This document shows, in pieces, positions 13,131 through 26,659 of a DNA stretch of 64,000 bases (its first letter is position 1; each line of letters opens with the position of its first letter). The stretch lies in the NCBI GenBank assembly GCA_951406725.2, contig OX597814.1:163866001-163930000 (forward strand). Reading direction: 5' to 3'. The notes below the pieces were generated by a model. The model worked only from the letters and a program-made list of their open reading frames with translations. It did no database searches and was not told where the DNA came from. The stretch is from Octopus vulgaris. Its lineage: Eukaryota. The translations under genes and the position numbers were made by a program.

Positions 13131-13868
13131 CAGAAAGATAATAAAGAAGGCGGGAAAGTGTGAGTGCATGTGCACGCGTGTGTGTATGTTAGGACAGGAA
13201 TTGGCTAGCAATAATATCATTTATTTCATGTCACTGGCAGAGATAGGACAAAATAGAATTTACAAATTTTCTTTCAGAAAATCATCTTTGTAAAGAGTTC
13301 GGCTATCAAAGAAAGCGAAAGAAAATATACATTAACTCCACCGAGGATTTGGAGTGATAGTTTTAGCCATGTTTCTCTTTTAATTATATTGTTAATTTCC
13401 GCTTAAATACTATTAAATACTATTAAATACTATTTAAGATCTAGGTTACTTATAGCTGTGTTCTGAAGAATACTAAAGCCACTATTTCAAAACCAACAGG
13501 GGCCAACATATACTTTCATTTTTTTTTTTCATGTATGTGAGCGGGAAGGATAGAATAACAAATACTAGACTAGATATAATAGATAATTCCAGTCCTAAGT
13601 TCTCGCCTGGTGCCTACGGTTAGAAAAAGAAAAGGAAAACAATTGTTACAGATAACATTTTCATGATCTGCGGTCTTTTCACGTACAAGCAAAATAGAAT
13701 AAAGATTCTGTCCAGAAATATGACTAATGGTCGCCGACAATGGATTTGGACTAATAATCATTTAGACCAATACAATATACACTTGACTATATCACATCTA
13801 TACTAATCCACGTTGAGAAAAACATGAACACCACACAAACTCGATCATTAACACCACGATATAAAGCA

Positions 13869-14100
13869 AGGCGGCGAGCAGGCAGAAACATTAGCACGCC
13901 GAGCGAAATGCTTAGCAGTATTTCGTCTACCGCTACGTTCTGAGTTCAAATTCCGCTGAGGTCAACTTTGCCTTTCATCCTTTCGGGGTCGATCAAATAA
14001 GTACCAGTTACGCACTGGGGTCGATGTAATCGACTTAATCCGTTTGTCTGTCCTTGTTTGTCCCCCCTGTGTGTAGCCCCATGTGGGCAGTAAAGAAATA
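13869..14100 (+). mobile_element. SINE family A, full-length
   Basis: Head, core and tail as at 2128. Confidence 0.9.
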
Positions 14101-14686
14101 TATATAAAACTTATATATCACGACTTATCAAAGGAGTCTCCATACTCTCCTTGCCAAACTTACATCCAAGCACTGCTATAAACAATGAAATGAGGGAGAA
14201 TTGTACAACTTTGTGTCCATACACGACAGAGTTCAATCTGTGCCAAGCAGCTTCACAGCGTACTTTAGCTCTGCTACCATAGCCACAGTCCCGATACCTT
14301 TTATCAGACCTATCGAATAAATCAATTTTGAATGTAATATGCAAGAAAAAAAGATTGAGATGATCACAACTGACATGGCGGTTGGACGATGGTTCGTCAC
14401 AGAGAAATATAACTTTCATGCATCAGCGTCATCAGAATACAGCAGAAATCTCTGCATGAAACAAATTCTAAAACTCTCATAAGAACTGTAACTACCGTGC
14501 TCTCTCTGATTACATCTTGTTTGCTTTCGCTGTGGCCACCACTAGAATCTGAAGATGTACAGAAATAGACAGCATAGAAGAGAGACTGCAACACATCCAC
14601 ACTGTCCCTTGCAATTCATAAGTGCATATCGAAATGACAGTATAGTGCTCAGTGAGATAGAGGTTTGATTAACTATGAAAACAGAT

Positions 14687-15377
14687 TTTTATCGACCTCA
14701 AAAGGGTGAAAGCCGAAGTCGGTTCGGTAGAATGAGAACTCAGAACGTAAAAATAGACCAAATGATGCTAAGCATTTTGCTCGGCGTGCTAACGACCCTG
14801 CCAGCTTGTCGCTTTCAAAATCCAAGTAATGATAATGAATAAAGGACGTGACAACAAATATGTAAATTAGGTGTGTAAGATGGGCTGACATTTGTAGTAC
14901 CGTGTCTAATCGTCTAATCGTCTGATAATCTTAACGTTCAGTTTGTTACCTGCGTATCATAAATTTCTTAAACAACATGTCCGCACTGTCACACTGCAGC
15001 GTCATATGATTCCTCACTTCATTTTGGATCGTACAGTATGGTCTTCAGTTAGGTCGAAGCAAGCATAGTGTGACTGAGACACCTTCTAAATGTTCACTCT
15101 ACTAACTACATACCATTGATCAAAGTTGACAACATCAAATCTTGCAAAGTGATGTAGTGTGAATCCTTTTTGTTGTCAGCCCATCTTACACACCTAATTT
15201 ACATATTTGTTGTCACGTCCTTTATTCATTATCATTACTTGGATTTTGAAAGCGACAAGCTGGCAGGGTCGTTAGCACGCCGAGCAAAATGCTTAGCATC
15301 ATTTGGTCTATTTTTACGTTCTGAGTTCTCATTCTACCGAACCGACTTCGGCTTTCACCCTTTTGAGGTCGATAAAA
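14687..15377. repeat. 204-bp inverted duplication (arms 14687-14890 and 15174-15377) around a 283-bp spacer
   Basis: The arms are reverse complements with no mismatch found by eye. The ORF track gives the same peptide on both strands (SAHLTHLIY...FEVDK). Confidence 0.93.
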
Positions 15378-15660
15378 TAAGTACCAGTTAAGCACTGGTG
15401 TCGATGTTATCAGTTTACCTCCTCCCTCTAAATTGCTAGCTTTGTGCCAAAATTTGAAACCAATATTACTAGGTACTTTGAGACGGCGAGCTGGTAGGAT
15501 CGTTACTGCGCCGTACAAAATGCTTATCGGCATTCCATTTGACTTAACGTTCTGAGTTCAAATTTCGCGGGCGTCGACTTGGCCTTTTATCCTTTCAGAG
15601 TCGATGAAAGTAGTAGTTGTTTCATTAGGATCAGCTGGCCTCGTACCAAAACTTGAAACC
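15249..15660 (+). mobile_element. Two consecutive diverged SINE family A copies
   Basis: Heads at ~15249 and ~15482, each with the core. Confidence 0.78.
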
Positions 15661-16173
15661 CGTGCTACTAGGTCCTTTCAAAGTGGCGTAAAAGCCCCTC
15701 CCAAAATATTCACACAACTTTTTTTCTATTTTAGCTTTCACCAAAGAGACAGAAATATTATTTAATCAGATATATCATAGATATAATAATTCAGTGACAG
15801 AGCGCCTTAAGGTAAGAGCAAAGCATATGGTGAACCTGTCTGAATTCTTAATTGTAACCATTTCACTTTAATTACGCTTCAGAACTTTCTCTTCTCTACA
15901 AATTGAAAGGCTTGTGTTTAGCGACCATTATATCACATCAAGAAATCCAGTGAGGTGTCGGGAACGATAAATCGTTGGGCTTAAACGCCTGCGAAATTAA
16001 TTACGTTCTAAGTTCAAATCACGCCGGTTCGACTTCACCCTTCATCACCTTGGGTGGTCGGTAAAATACGTACTGGGGTCGATTCCATCGCCGATAAACT
16101 TCTATTAATTAGTACTAAACTAAGGAATTATTTTACATCAATTAAAAAGTTTTATTTCAGCACCAAATCCTTT

Positions 16174-16232
16174 ATGTATGTATGTATGTATGTATGTATG
16201 TATGTATGTATGTATGTATGTATGTACGTATG

Positions 16233-16263
<31 letters not shown>

Positions 16264-16479
16264 TTCTGTCTGCCTGTCTTTCTTTTCCATCTGTTTGTTT
16301 ATTTTATTTCATTTTATTTTATTTTACTTTATTTTACATCATTTACTGGCATATTTTTCTTTTCTCTTTCATCTGTAAACATTTTAATAATGTCAGCCAA
16401 CTGCCAACAGGTCTTGTCAGTGACAACGCCTTCTTCACTACATGTATTTGCGTCTACATGTGTATGCGAAAGTGGGGGA

Positions 16480-16555
<76 letters not shown>
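16174..16555 (+). repeat. (TATG)n, (TTTTA)n and (GAAA)n microsatellites
   Basis: Seen directly. Confidence 0.95.
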
Positions 16556-16556
<1 letters not shown>

Positions 16557-17034
16557 CGCTCGCGTGTTTGTATAAGTTGTAGTTTATTAGCATCCATCTT
16601 TTTGTTGATACAAAAATGTAAATTTATATCGCAGAAAGTAGTTAAAAAAAAAATTCAACAGTATTTTGTTATAACCAATGGGATGGTATGTAACAAGTAT
16701 TATCTTGTACCAGATACATTGAGTATTTATTTATAACCAATGAGATAACATGAAAGTTATTTTCTCTCTTCCCTCTCGCTCGTTCTTTCTGTCTCTGCCC
16801 CCCCCTTCTCCTTCTTCCTGTTACACACAGTTATACACATAGACACACAGACATACAAACACACAAAAGAACCCAACACATACGCACACGCACGCACGCA
16901 CACAGTTCTGGTATTTCAGTTTAACCAATCAGAATCTAAGCAACAATCGTTTTCTGATTGTCAGCTGGATTTGAGATTAGCATTCCAGATACAAAGATAA
17001 ACATTCATAGTCAAAATTATAAACTGTCATAAGT

Positions 17035-17412
17035 TTGCATATATTAAAGTCCTTATATGCAAATGTATGCTTATATATGCAAATGTATGCAAGCGCACAT
17101 ACATACGTACGTACATACACACATACATACATAAATACATACATACATACATAACACATATATATAACATACATATATGCATGCATACATACATATATTA
17201 AGGCTCATATATGCAAATGCATGTTTGTTAAATGCATGCATACATATATAACATAAATTACATATATAATATAAATACATACATATATTAAAACCCACAT
17301 ATGCAAATGCATGTTTATTACATGCATACATACATAACATAGCATGCATGTATACATATATACATGCATACATACATACATACATACATACATACATACA
17401 TACATACATACA

Positions 17413-17445
<33 letters not shown>

Positions 17446-17495
17446 TAAGGCCCATGTCTGCAAATACATGTTTATTACATGCATACATAATGTAA
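17035..17495 (+). repeat. Minisatellite of four ~45-bp units interleaved with (TACA)n
   Basis: Unit consensus ~CATATATTAA(A/G)GNCCCATATGCAAATGCATGTTTATTACATGCATACATA at ~17038, 17192, 17282 and 17439. Confidence 0.8.
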
Positions 17496-18090
17496 ACACA
17501 ATAGCCCTGATATAATGATTTGCGACAGAGAAGAGAAATTGTGTACAGTTGTGGAAATCAGCTGTCCAGCGGATGTTAACATAAAGCTGAAGATTTTTGA
17601 AAAAGTGAATACTTCCGCTGAACTATATAGAAATCTGCAGTTACTCTATCCAGATTAAAAGTTCAGGTTTATACCTGTAATTATTGAAGCATTGGGGACA
17701 TGTAACACCCAGCTTATATACCAATCTTGAGAAATTAGGCTTCTCAAAACCAGAAAAGAGAAAACTGATTCAAAGTCTACATATCCAAGCCATCACTGGA
17801 ACAGTAAAAATCTGTAAAACTTTCCAGAAGTTTATCATTTAAGTATTTATGAGCATATCAAGTATATTTGAGCATACCACACATATACATACATACATGT
17901 ATACATACATACATGCATACATACATACATACATACATACATACATACATACATACATACATACATACATACATACATACAAAAGCACCTTGTTGATGTT
18001 GAACTTCCAACGAAGGAGCCTTGGATCAAGGTTAGAAACCGGCTCTTTTTCTATTGGCAAGAAATCTTGAAATAAAACTGAATAAGGGCA
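17496..18090 (+). mobile_element. 5'-truncated REL-endonuclease LINE (R4/Dong-like) 3' end embedded in (TACA)n
   Basis: Translation SPDIMICDREEKLCTVVEISCPADVN...FRFIPVIIEALG...GTVKICKTFQKFII*, followed by a 3' UTR and a (CA)(TACA)n tail. Confidence 0.8.
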
Positions 18091-18959
18091 CACACACATA
18101 CATACATACATACATACATACATACATACATACATACATACATACATACATACATACATACATACATACATACACGTATACTTACATACGTACAGACAGA
18201 CATATATCAACGAAAATGGGCTCAGATAAATAACAGAGTGACAAGTTGCTTGTATATAAACAATAAGCATAACTAAAAGTATATCAAATCCCATACAAGA
18301 TAAATTCATGGTTTATTGAAATTATCTTCTCTTCGACAAAATAGTGTCATGTGGTAATTGAAACCAGCGATAAATGAGAATGGGCGAGAATCTCGAGAAT
18401 GAAGAATTGTCCGAAATTAACATGTTACTAAGGAAAAACCAATCTGATTGTTAAGAGTCAAAAGACTGCAGTGAACTTATGTTTGTGTCTCCATAGGTAT
18501 CATTACTACAGCAGTTGTCCTACATTGAATCCAACAGACGAGAGATTAAATATCTCCTTAGTTGAACAACAACGAGGTTTTAAATATCTCCTTAGTACTA
18601 CATCCATGTATATCTAATCCCCATATGCACTCTGTGGGACACTTATGTCTTGTTATCGAGTATATATAAAGTTAATTTATTTTGTACACCACCCAATGAG
18701 AGATATTGTTCTGGAAGCAACATTTTCTAGCAGTTACATGTTAAAAGGTTACATCACGCATATTTCTTTTGCATCGATGATCAGAATTTTCCTGTTTACC
18801 TTTTGTTTTTTAAACTGGTGTAACTCGCACCGCTAGAAACAATTACATACTAAAATAATAAAGAAAGCATTCATAGCCTTCAGGTAAGTAGGATAATCTA
18901 AAGGAAAATAGGTCCAGAGAAATAACTCAGAGTAGCCAGAGGCATGAACATAATAAGCC

Positions 18960-19384
18960 CTTCTGTAATAGGCACAAAGCCTGAAATTTTGGGAGAAGGG
19001 GCGAATCGATTACGTAGACCTCCAGTACTTAACTGGTACTTATTTTATCGACTCCGAAAGGGATGAAAGGCACAGCTAAAATCAGCGAAACTCAGAACGT
19101 AAAGCCCGGAAGTAATGCCTCTAAACATTTTGTCCGGCGTGGCAACGATTCTTATTTCTTTACTGCCCACAAGGGGCTACACACAGAGGGGACAAACAAG
19201 GACAGACAAACAGATTAAGTCGATTATATCGACCCCAGTGCGTAACTGGTACTTATTTAATCGACCCCGAAAGGATGAAAGGCAAAGTCGACCTCGGCGG
19301 AATTTGAACTCAGAACGTAGCGACAGACGAAATACTGCTAAGCATTTCGCCCGGCGTGGCAACGATTCTGCCAACTCGCCGCTT
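18960..19384 (-). mobile_element. Young SINE family A (19152-19384) adjoining or nested in an older family A copy
   Basis: Two reverse-strand cores; ccggcgtggcaacgattct occurs in both. Confidence 0.85.
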
Positions 19385-19389
19385 TAGGC

Positions 19390-20640
19390 ATTGATATAAT
19401 AATGAAGGCAAATAATGGTATATCAAATACCACACAAGATAAATCTTAACAGTCGGCTCGTCATTTACTGTTTCGAAATCCATCATAAATGTTCGATTAC
19501 ATTGAAATCCAATGATTGTGAGGACCAATCCAAGTGGTCTATTCCCTTTTGTGCCCTTCGTACCAATTTTGAATAGCACTAACTGTGTGAATCCTGCTAA
19601 TTATCATCCTAGAAGATTGCACTTACATCAGTGAACAATGTTTGTGCCATAGGATGGATATGATCATCTAAAAGACTCAGATATGTTTCTTTATTAGCCA
19701 CACAGGGCTGCACACAGACGGGACAAATTACAAGGTAGAGCTTTTCTTTTGGGGGAGAAAGAAAAAGAATGGTAGGTTTTCGATCAAAAGGGATCGTAAA
19801 CGGAAAGAAAAAAGAAAGCGAAAGAGGCAAGAAGGGAAAAGGGTGGGGGAGAAAAAAACGATCAATAGGGATCGTGTATCACAGAATTGTCATGATATAA
19901 AGTGTAAAGGGGGAAACAGATGAGGTTTATCCGTGGAAAGAAAAGCCTACGGAAAAGACCACGGTAACCTCGGTCAATAATGTCACATGTTAACACATTT
20001 ATTTGCAAGTAAGTAACTCTCTATTTTAAATTTTTCTGGGTTCACAGGATCATACTGAAGGTGGCTTCATCATTCATACGTGCCATCCTTGCTACATACA
20101 CTCACCCATCTTTTTTTGGAACATTCGCTAGACAAGACTTGCCTCTCTACTCTCACTTTCATTTTCATAATCATTAGCGTTAACTTAGCCATGAAAAACA
20201 ACTAAAGGACCAAGAAAATGCTGCGATATGGTTGCCCAAATTATCGCAAACCCACCTCCATTTTTCACGATAGGAACCAAATAATCAGGTCTGAAGGTTT
20301 CTTTTGAATGATCCCGAGACATAATCTTGCCCAGAAGCGAGGAAAAAGTGGTGAATGTTGATTCAACAGAAAAGATGACATTGTTGCATTGAACCATTGA
20401 CCAGTTCTGATCATCTAGACACCAGTGTTTCTGTTTAGCAATGCTGATGGGAAACAGGAGAGGTTTAGCAATTGCAGCTCTCCCACGGTATCTAGCTTTA
20501 TGGAGCTCACATCAAGCGGTTTTGGTTAACACAGCCTTAACATAGTAGTAATTTGGCTCTGCTTGCAATTTTGCTGCCATAGTTCGATGGTTTTTAGACA
20601 AAATATGTTTCAGTATTCTGTGATCTCTGTGTGAGCTTTG
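19390..20640 (-). mobile_element. Tc1-family transposase relic, interrupted by a ~480-bp insertion (~19700-20180)
   Basis: NVIFSVESTF...LVPIVKNGGGFAIIWATIS...LGPLVVFHG, resuming as YLSLLDDHIHPMAQTLF...AIF*DDN. Same family as 56600-57424. Confidence 0.8.
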
Positions 20641-20654
20641 CCTTCCATCCACCT

Positions 20655-20845
20655 ACCTACAAATCTACATATATACATACATGAATACATACATACATAC
20701 ATACATATTTACACACACACATACATACATGCATGCATACATACATACATACATACATACATACATACATGCATGAATGCATACATACATACATACATAC
20801 ATACATACATACATACATACATACATACATACATACATACGTATA
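20655..20845 (+). repeat. (TACA)n microsatellite
   Basis: Seen directly. Confidence 0.95.
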
Positions 20846-21178
20846 TGTATGTGTTAGTGTACGACTATGCCTATGTGTTGGGAGATTTATATGGATATAT
20901 AAATATGTATTACTGAATAATGCTTTATTAGATGTTACGACCAATTTTATTACTTCGCATAAGATTTTTACACAACTTGTATTATAATCTATTCGATTAT
21001 AAGAGTACTGGGCACCTGGTAGTAAGATTAGCCCGGTAGCAAGAGTAGTACATCACACTACAAACCCAGCATTTCAAGTGTTTGACGTCAAATGCTTTCA
21101 GGCTGTCAGTTTCTGTTTCAATGATTCTGAACATACTCTATTACTATAGTAGTACCCTCTCAATATATTTATGATTTT

Positions 21179-21384
21179 AAGGCGGCGAACTGGCAGAAAC
21201 GTTAGTACGCCGGGCGAAATTCGTAGCCGTATTACGTCTGTCGTTACGTCCTGAGTTCAAATTCCGCCGAGGTCGACTTTGCCTTTCATCCTTCGGGGGC
21301 GGTAAATTGCGTACTGGGGTCGATCTAATCGACTAACCCTCCCCCAAAATATTTCGGCCCTCGTACCTATAGTAGAAAAGAATT
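21179..21384 (+). mobile_element. SINE family A with TSD
   Basis: Head and core present; TATTTATGATTTT on both sides. Confidence 0.87.
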
Positions 21385-22831
21385 TATTTATGATTTTTTT
21401 TTATGAATGACTGCACGTTTAAAGCTAATCCGATACTAGGAATATACCCATGATCCACAACACTTTAAATTAAAGAAATTCAATGAGAAGGTCGAATGGC
21501 AATTTTAAACACCCAAATTTACTTTATTTTTATCGAATGCTATTAAGTCGACTTACCGTTCTCTTTTTCTATTTCAAAAGATTAAATTCGTCATACAATT
21601 ATTGTGATTTATTTATTTTTATTTATTTTCTTCCGTATTCATAAGATCGGTTAAGCGAGTTATTACTGCTTTTTATTGATATATTAGAAACACCAGAATG
21701 TTAACCATCACATTAGGGGGTTTAAATAAGTAAGTTTATAATGCACTATTTTAGCTAAACTTTATGCTGCTAGGCAAAGTTGCAGCACGAATAACAAGTC
21801 TAAATTAATAGAATAATATTTTAAACATTAGACTACAAAACCAAATTTACATTATGATAGGTTTGTGTAATGCGTTGAGTTGGCAGAATCCTTAGCTCGC
21901 CGAACAATATGCGACTTCTCCTTCGCAAAAACTACTGGCTCAGTTCCAAAAACTTTAAGCCATTGTATTAGGTTTGTGCATCAGAAGAAAATAGTTAGCT
22001 GGTGCATCTTTGTTGCTAAAGTAATCGTACCATATTTTAACTATTTGTGCAATATACCTTATAAGTTTTGCTTTTTTATGTTTTGCTTAAAGTTAAATGA
22101 GGATCCATAGCAGAGGAGTCCACCATATGCGTATGGATAGGGGAAGCAGGAAGGCAACTGCCCTCCGATATTAGGACAAAAATAACGAGAATAATTCGAG
22201 CTAACCAAGAAGGAAAAATATTAGACAAAGAAGACAAATTAGCAATGATAGTAAATTAATTGCCTGCTAATGGTTAGTTAAAATTATTGATAAACAATAA
22301 GTTTAAATTTAGCCTCATTCGTCTTTTTCTGATTTCAGATATAGAAGAATTAAACAAGTGCTCTTTCATTAAGTTAAACCCTTCTTGCGTTTTAGTTTCC
22401 TTTTCATACATTAAAAACGTTTCCTGGGGTTTCCAATCTTTCTGTATTTAATCTCTTATGTAACAGTATTTGAATGAGTTCTGAATATGGAAAGTCGAGA
22501 ATGCTTTCTCCAAAATCTATTTATAGTAATGTCGATCAGTACTATGTGATTAGTTACCCCAGTACATGTTCTGACCTTGACCGACAACGAATACAAATTA
22601 TGTACACCAAATCTCATTATGGAGAAAGGCGCAAAGGATTTCACGTCAACGCATCAAATGTGCAGAATGCGGCGAGCAAACAGACTCTGATTACAAAAGA
22701 AAACAAGCTGATATTGTCCATGCCAGTCAGACTGTGACTTTTACATCAGTGTGCGAACTGACACCAAGCTTCAAATACAAAAGAGAACATAGGGCGCCAA
22801 ATAGTTCAGATAAGGAGGAAAGGGCTGATAA

Positions 22832-24220
22832 CACTGGGGAACATGGTTTTTGCTGTCTGATGTTTGAGACATGTTTCCTAGTAATTTGTGGGTGCTGATT
22901 TCAAAAATGAAATCCATTTTGCTCTATCACGTCAAGATTTTTCACAAACTCAAATGTTCTTTTTTCAATATTTTCGGTATTGTCGCTGTTTTTAAGGATA
23001 GGTTTGGCTTCATCAAATGTAGACCCATGTAGGGAGCTTGAAATAACTGTGAAAATATTAGTTTCTCAATATCGTTTAAAATAAATGTAACTACAAAAAT
23101 GAAAACAAAAGTCATGATTTAAGTATCTTCAGTAAATGAAAAACATCAAACTTGATGAACTTTCACTATTTTCAATCTAACCAGTTTAAAATGTCATGAC
23201 GATGGCAGAAATGTCCTTTATACAATTAGAAAATAATCAAACAAATTTCTGTTGTTCTTGGCATAATTCTTATCTCATACCTATGGAATTTGTCAGTAAA
23301 TATGCCCACTCTGTGCTTGATTTAGTGTGACTATCATTGCTAACCAGGCGAGATATATTTTGATGAACCTTTAACAATCCCTTATGAAAATTTGTATTTG
23401 TAACGTACCCTTAATGTTTTAATTGTGTGGTCATATGTGTCAAGGTCACTTTTTATCAAGCATGGTCAAAAAAACAGTAGAAAAATCTTCAGAGTATGTA
23501 TACTCTTTATGGAACTTTGCCATCACAAATCTGCATTTGCATACTTTATAACTGTTGACAATTCTGAAAATGTTTTTCTCGAGTGACAACTGGGTTGAAT
23601 ATGTTTTGTATTTCATAAATATGACCAGTTGTAAGAGGAAAAAATACAAAAACAGCCCCGATGTCCTCTATTATATTTGTGGATGTTACACTTCAACTAG
23701 ATAACGAAACGAATACACAGAATTTGTAAAGAAAGTTTACCCTACTTGCGTTAACTTGAAACTGGGTGATCATATAGTGTGTAAAACGTGTTGAAACACT
23801 GAGATAATGTCTATTTCAAATACTTAAGCAGAAAGCTTCTAGATTTGTCGTGTACGAAAATTAAACTTCGTATGTTTGACGGACCACAGATTAGATGACT
23901 ATTGCAGGACAAGCAGGCTTTGGAGACCATGCCTGGCGTTGAAAACGAAATATGGGTTGCTTTTTCCGCAGTTGTGTCTGATTTCCTGGGAAACAGGAAG
24001 TCATCAAATTATGAAGAACTTCTGCAGACCCTGTTAACCAGTTTTTGACTGCAGTATAAGTGTAAAAGTGCATTTCCTACACAGACATCTGGAGTGTAGT
24101 GTAATAAGTGATGAGCAAGGAAAAAAATTCCACCAAGACATCGATACCATGGAGACTAGATATCAAGACAAGTGGAACACAAACATGATGGCTGACTAAT
24201 ACTGGTCTCTACAATCATGC
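22832..24220 (+). mobile_element. Chapaev3-like (CMC superfamily) DNA transposon relic, internally deleted
   Basis: Starts TAA|CACTG (TWA target, CAC terminus). Coding remnants KNSPDVLYYICGCY, AVVSDFLGNRK, SVKVHFLHRHL and SDEQG.KFHQDIDTMETRYQDKWNTNMMAD*YWSL. Family assignment is from recalled motifs. Confidence 0.72.
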
Positions 24221-24229
24221 AGAGCAATG

Positions 24230-24749
24230 ATCCCAAACATACCTACCATACCTTTAATCCAAAATTGGTTGATAAAAAACAAAGTAGTTGTACTCCCGTG
24301 GCCAGCTCAAAGTCCTGATTTAAACCCGATAGAAAACTGATGGTGGGCGCTAAAGACATGAGTGTAAGTAAGAAGGCCATCTAATTTGAAGCAGCTAAAA
24401 GAATATGCGATTGAAGAATGAGTTAAGATTTTTTCTGATCTGCCCTAGGACCTATTTGAAAACTATCCTCGCAATATGAAGAAAATTATTAAGCATAAAG
24501 GATACACTATTGATCGAAAGTCATCATCGAAAGTTGTAGAGGTGCTAATGATTTTGAACCAGCCAATTATATTTTTCTGTCTTGCTCCTTAAAATAAACT
24601 ATTCAGGAAACTTAATTTTTATATGGTGTTCTTTAGACAACAGTGCCTACATTTACCAAAGATTATTTATGTAGACACTAACTTTAGCAGAAAATTCAAT
24701 AAAAAGTCATTTTTGACAAGGGGTGTCAATAATTGTGTGCATGAGTGTA
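24230..24749 (+). mobile_element. Tc1 3' fragment with right TIR
   Basis: PWPAQSPDLNPIEN*WWALK; ends GGGGTGTCAATAATTGTGTGCATGAGTG|TA. Confidence 0.8.
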
Positions 24750-25079
24750 TAAATATGCATACATTATATGTATATATAAACATGCACATACATAATTATA
24801 TGATTTACATATACATATATGGAAGTGTATGTGTTTATATAGTGAGAGCTCTGTGTGTATATGTGCGATGAGCATCCGTAGTTCCCGTTTACCAAATTCC
24901 ATTTATAAAACGTTATTCAGCAGGAGGTTATAGCAAAACAAACATGCCGAAAGTGCCGCTCAACAGAATTGAATCCGAAACCACTTGATTGTAAAAGCAA
25001 AATTCCTAACCACGCAGCCATACTTGTACCAAACAATATACTAAAAACAGAGGGGACCTATCATAATAATCTTTTTATA

Positions 25080-25281
25080 TTATAGGCACAAGGCCAGAAA
25101 GTTTGGAGGAGGGGCTTGTCGATTACATCTCAATAAAGAACTGGTTCTTATTTCATTGACCCCCGAAGTGATGAAAAACACAGTCGACCTCGGCGGAATT
25201 TAGGCTCACAACACAAAAACGAATGTAAAGATGCTAAACGTTTTGTCCGGGTTGCTAATTGTTCTGCCAGCTCGCCGCCTT
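25080..25281 (-). mobile_element. SINE family A, diverged
   Basis: gtcgacctcggcggaatt and ctgccagctcgccgcct read on the plus strand. Confidence 0.75.
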
Positions 25282-25564
25282 AATAATAAATATAAAAGAT
25301 TTCTAAAAGACTAATCTAGATTTAGCTTATACTACTTGTCACCTTCCCTAGTCTATTCAAAAAAAAAAACTACTGCATCAACCATGTTTTTGTTAGATAA
25401 GAATCTTGGTCAAATTTGTTCAAATTTGCTAGACTGTAGATGTCATATGACCTGGAGCAACGGCTGCGCGTTGTTCGTGGATCTAACAGTAATTTCTCGA
25501 TACAGATACAGATACACATACACATACATACATACATACATACATACATACATACATACATACA

Positions 25565-25598
<34 letters not shown>

Positions 25599-25974
25599 CA
25601 TACATACATACATACATGTGTGTTGTTGTTTTACACACATCATTTTTCATACAATTGAAAACAGCTTACATCAGTCAATTTATTCGTGTCACGTGTTTTT
25701 CTTTGGTTCGCGTCAACATTCTTTTGAGGATAAGGACATCCCCCCACCCCACCTTTGACACATACACTCTTGTTCTCCACATATCATTCCGCTTGTTGCT
25801 ACATTAATCTTAATTTATTTCTGTATTTATTTCTGTTGCATCACGTGTCTCCCTTCCATTTCCAGTTAGCCTCATTTTTTATTTTCTACCTACATCTAGC
25901 ATTTTCCTTTTCTGCTCCTTCTTTTCCCTCGACCTCACATTCATTTTCCTTCTCCTCACATTCATTTCGTTAAT

Positions 25975-26106
25975 TCTTCTTCTTCTTCTTCTTCTTCTTC
26001 TTCTTCTTCTTCTTCTTCTTCTTCTTCTTCTTCTTCTTCTTCTTCTTCTTCTTCTTCTTCTTCTTCTTCTTCTTCTTCTTCTTCTTCTTCTTCTTCTTCT
26101 TCTTCT
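25975..26106 (-). repeat. (GAA)n microsatellite (TTC on plus)
   Basis: Pure run of ~130 bp. Confidence 0.98.
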
Positions 26107-26659
26107 GTTCCATGGAATTCAATCTTTAAAATGAAACTAGATAAAGAAAAAACAACATATTTTAAACTCATTTTACACGCCAACTATAAACTTTAAAATA
26201 AGCATTGCATGTTTGCGATCTAGGTTCGTACGCTGCTTGCTATTATTAATTTTATTTACAAGCAGAATGAAACAGTTTCCATGATCTTCGAAGGTCCTAT
26301 CAGACTTGTGAGATGTATGGGGTTAATATTTAGTTCATAGAGAAGATTAGTAGGGAGCGGTTTGCTGAGGGAAGTATTTGAACTAATAAAAACTAAGCAA
26401 TGTGTTTAGTGCAAGATCTAAAAGATTTGATACAGACGGTTTGGATGATCATCAGACAGACGACTGTGTTGACTTCGTGTGAGCTGAGGTCTGCTGCGAA
26501 CTTGTTCAAAGACACAAAGGCCGATATAATAAAAAGAGGGAGAAGTAGTGCGCCAATGATTCAATACAGATTGCTTAACAAAAAGGTCTTCATTTAGCAT
26601 TAGTCTAGAATATCTGTGCATTTGCAGCTGCACCATCCAAAAAATATACAAGTAGTACT

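Noticed and set aside
14355-14410. Plus-strand HGGWTMVRHR resembling the fibrinogen-domain GGWT motif
   Set aside because: Wrong strand and wrong side of the exon, flanked by stops, and no other FReD motifs nearby
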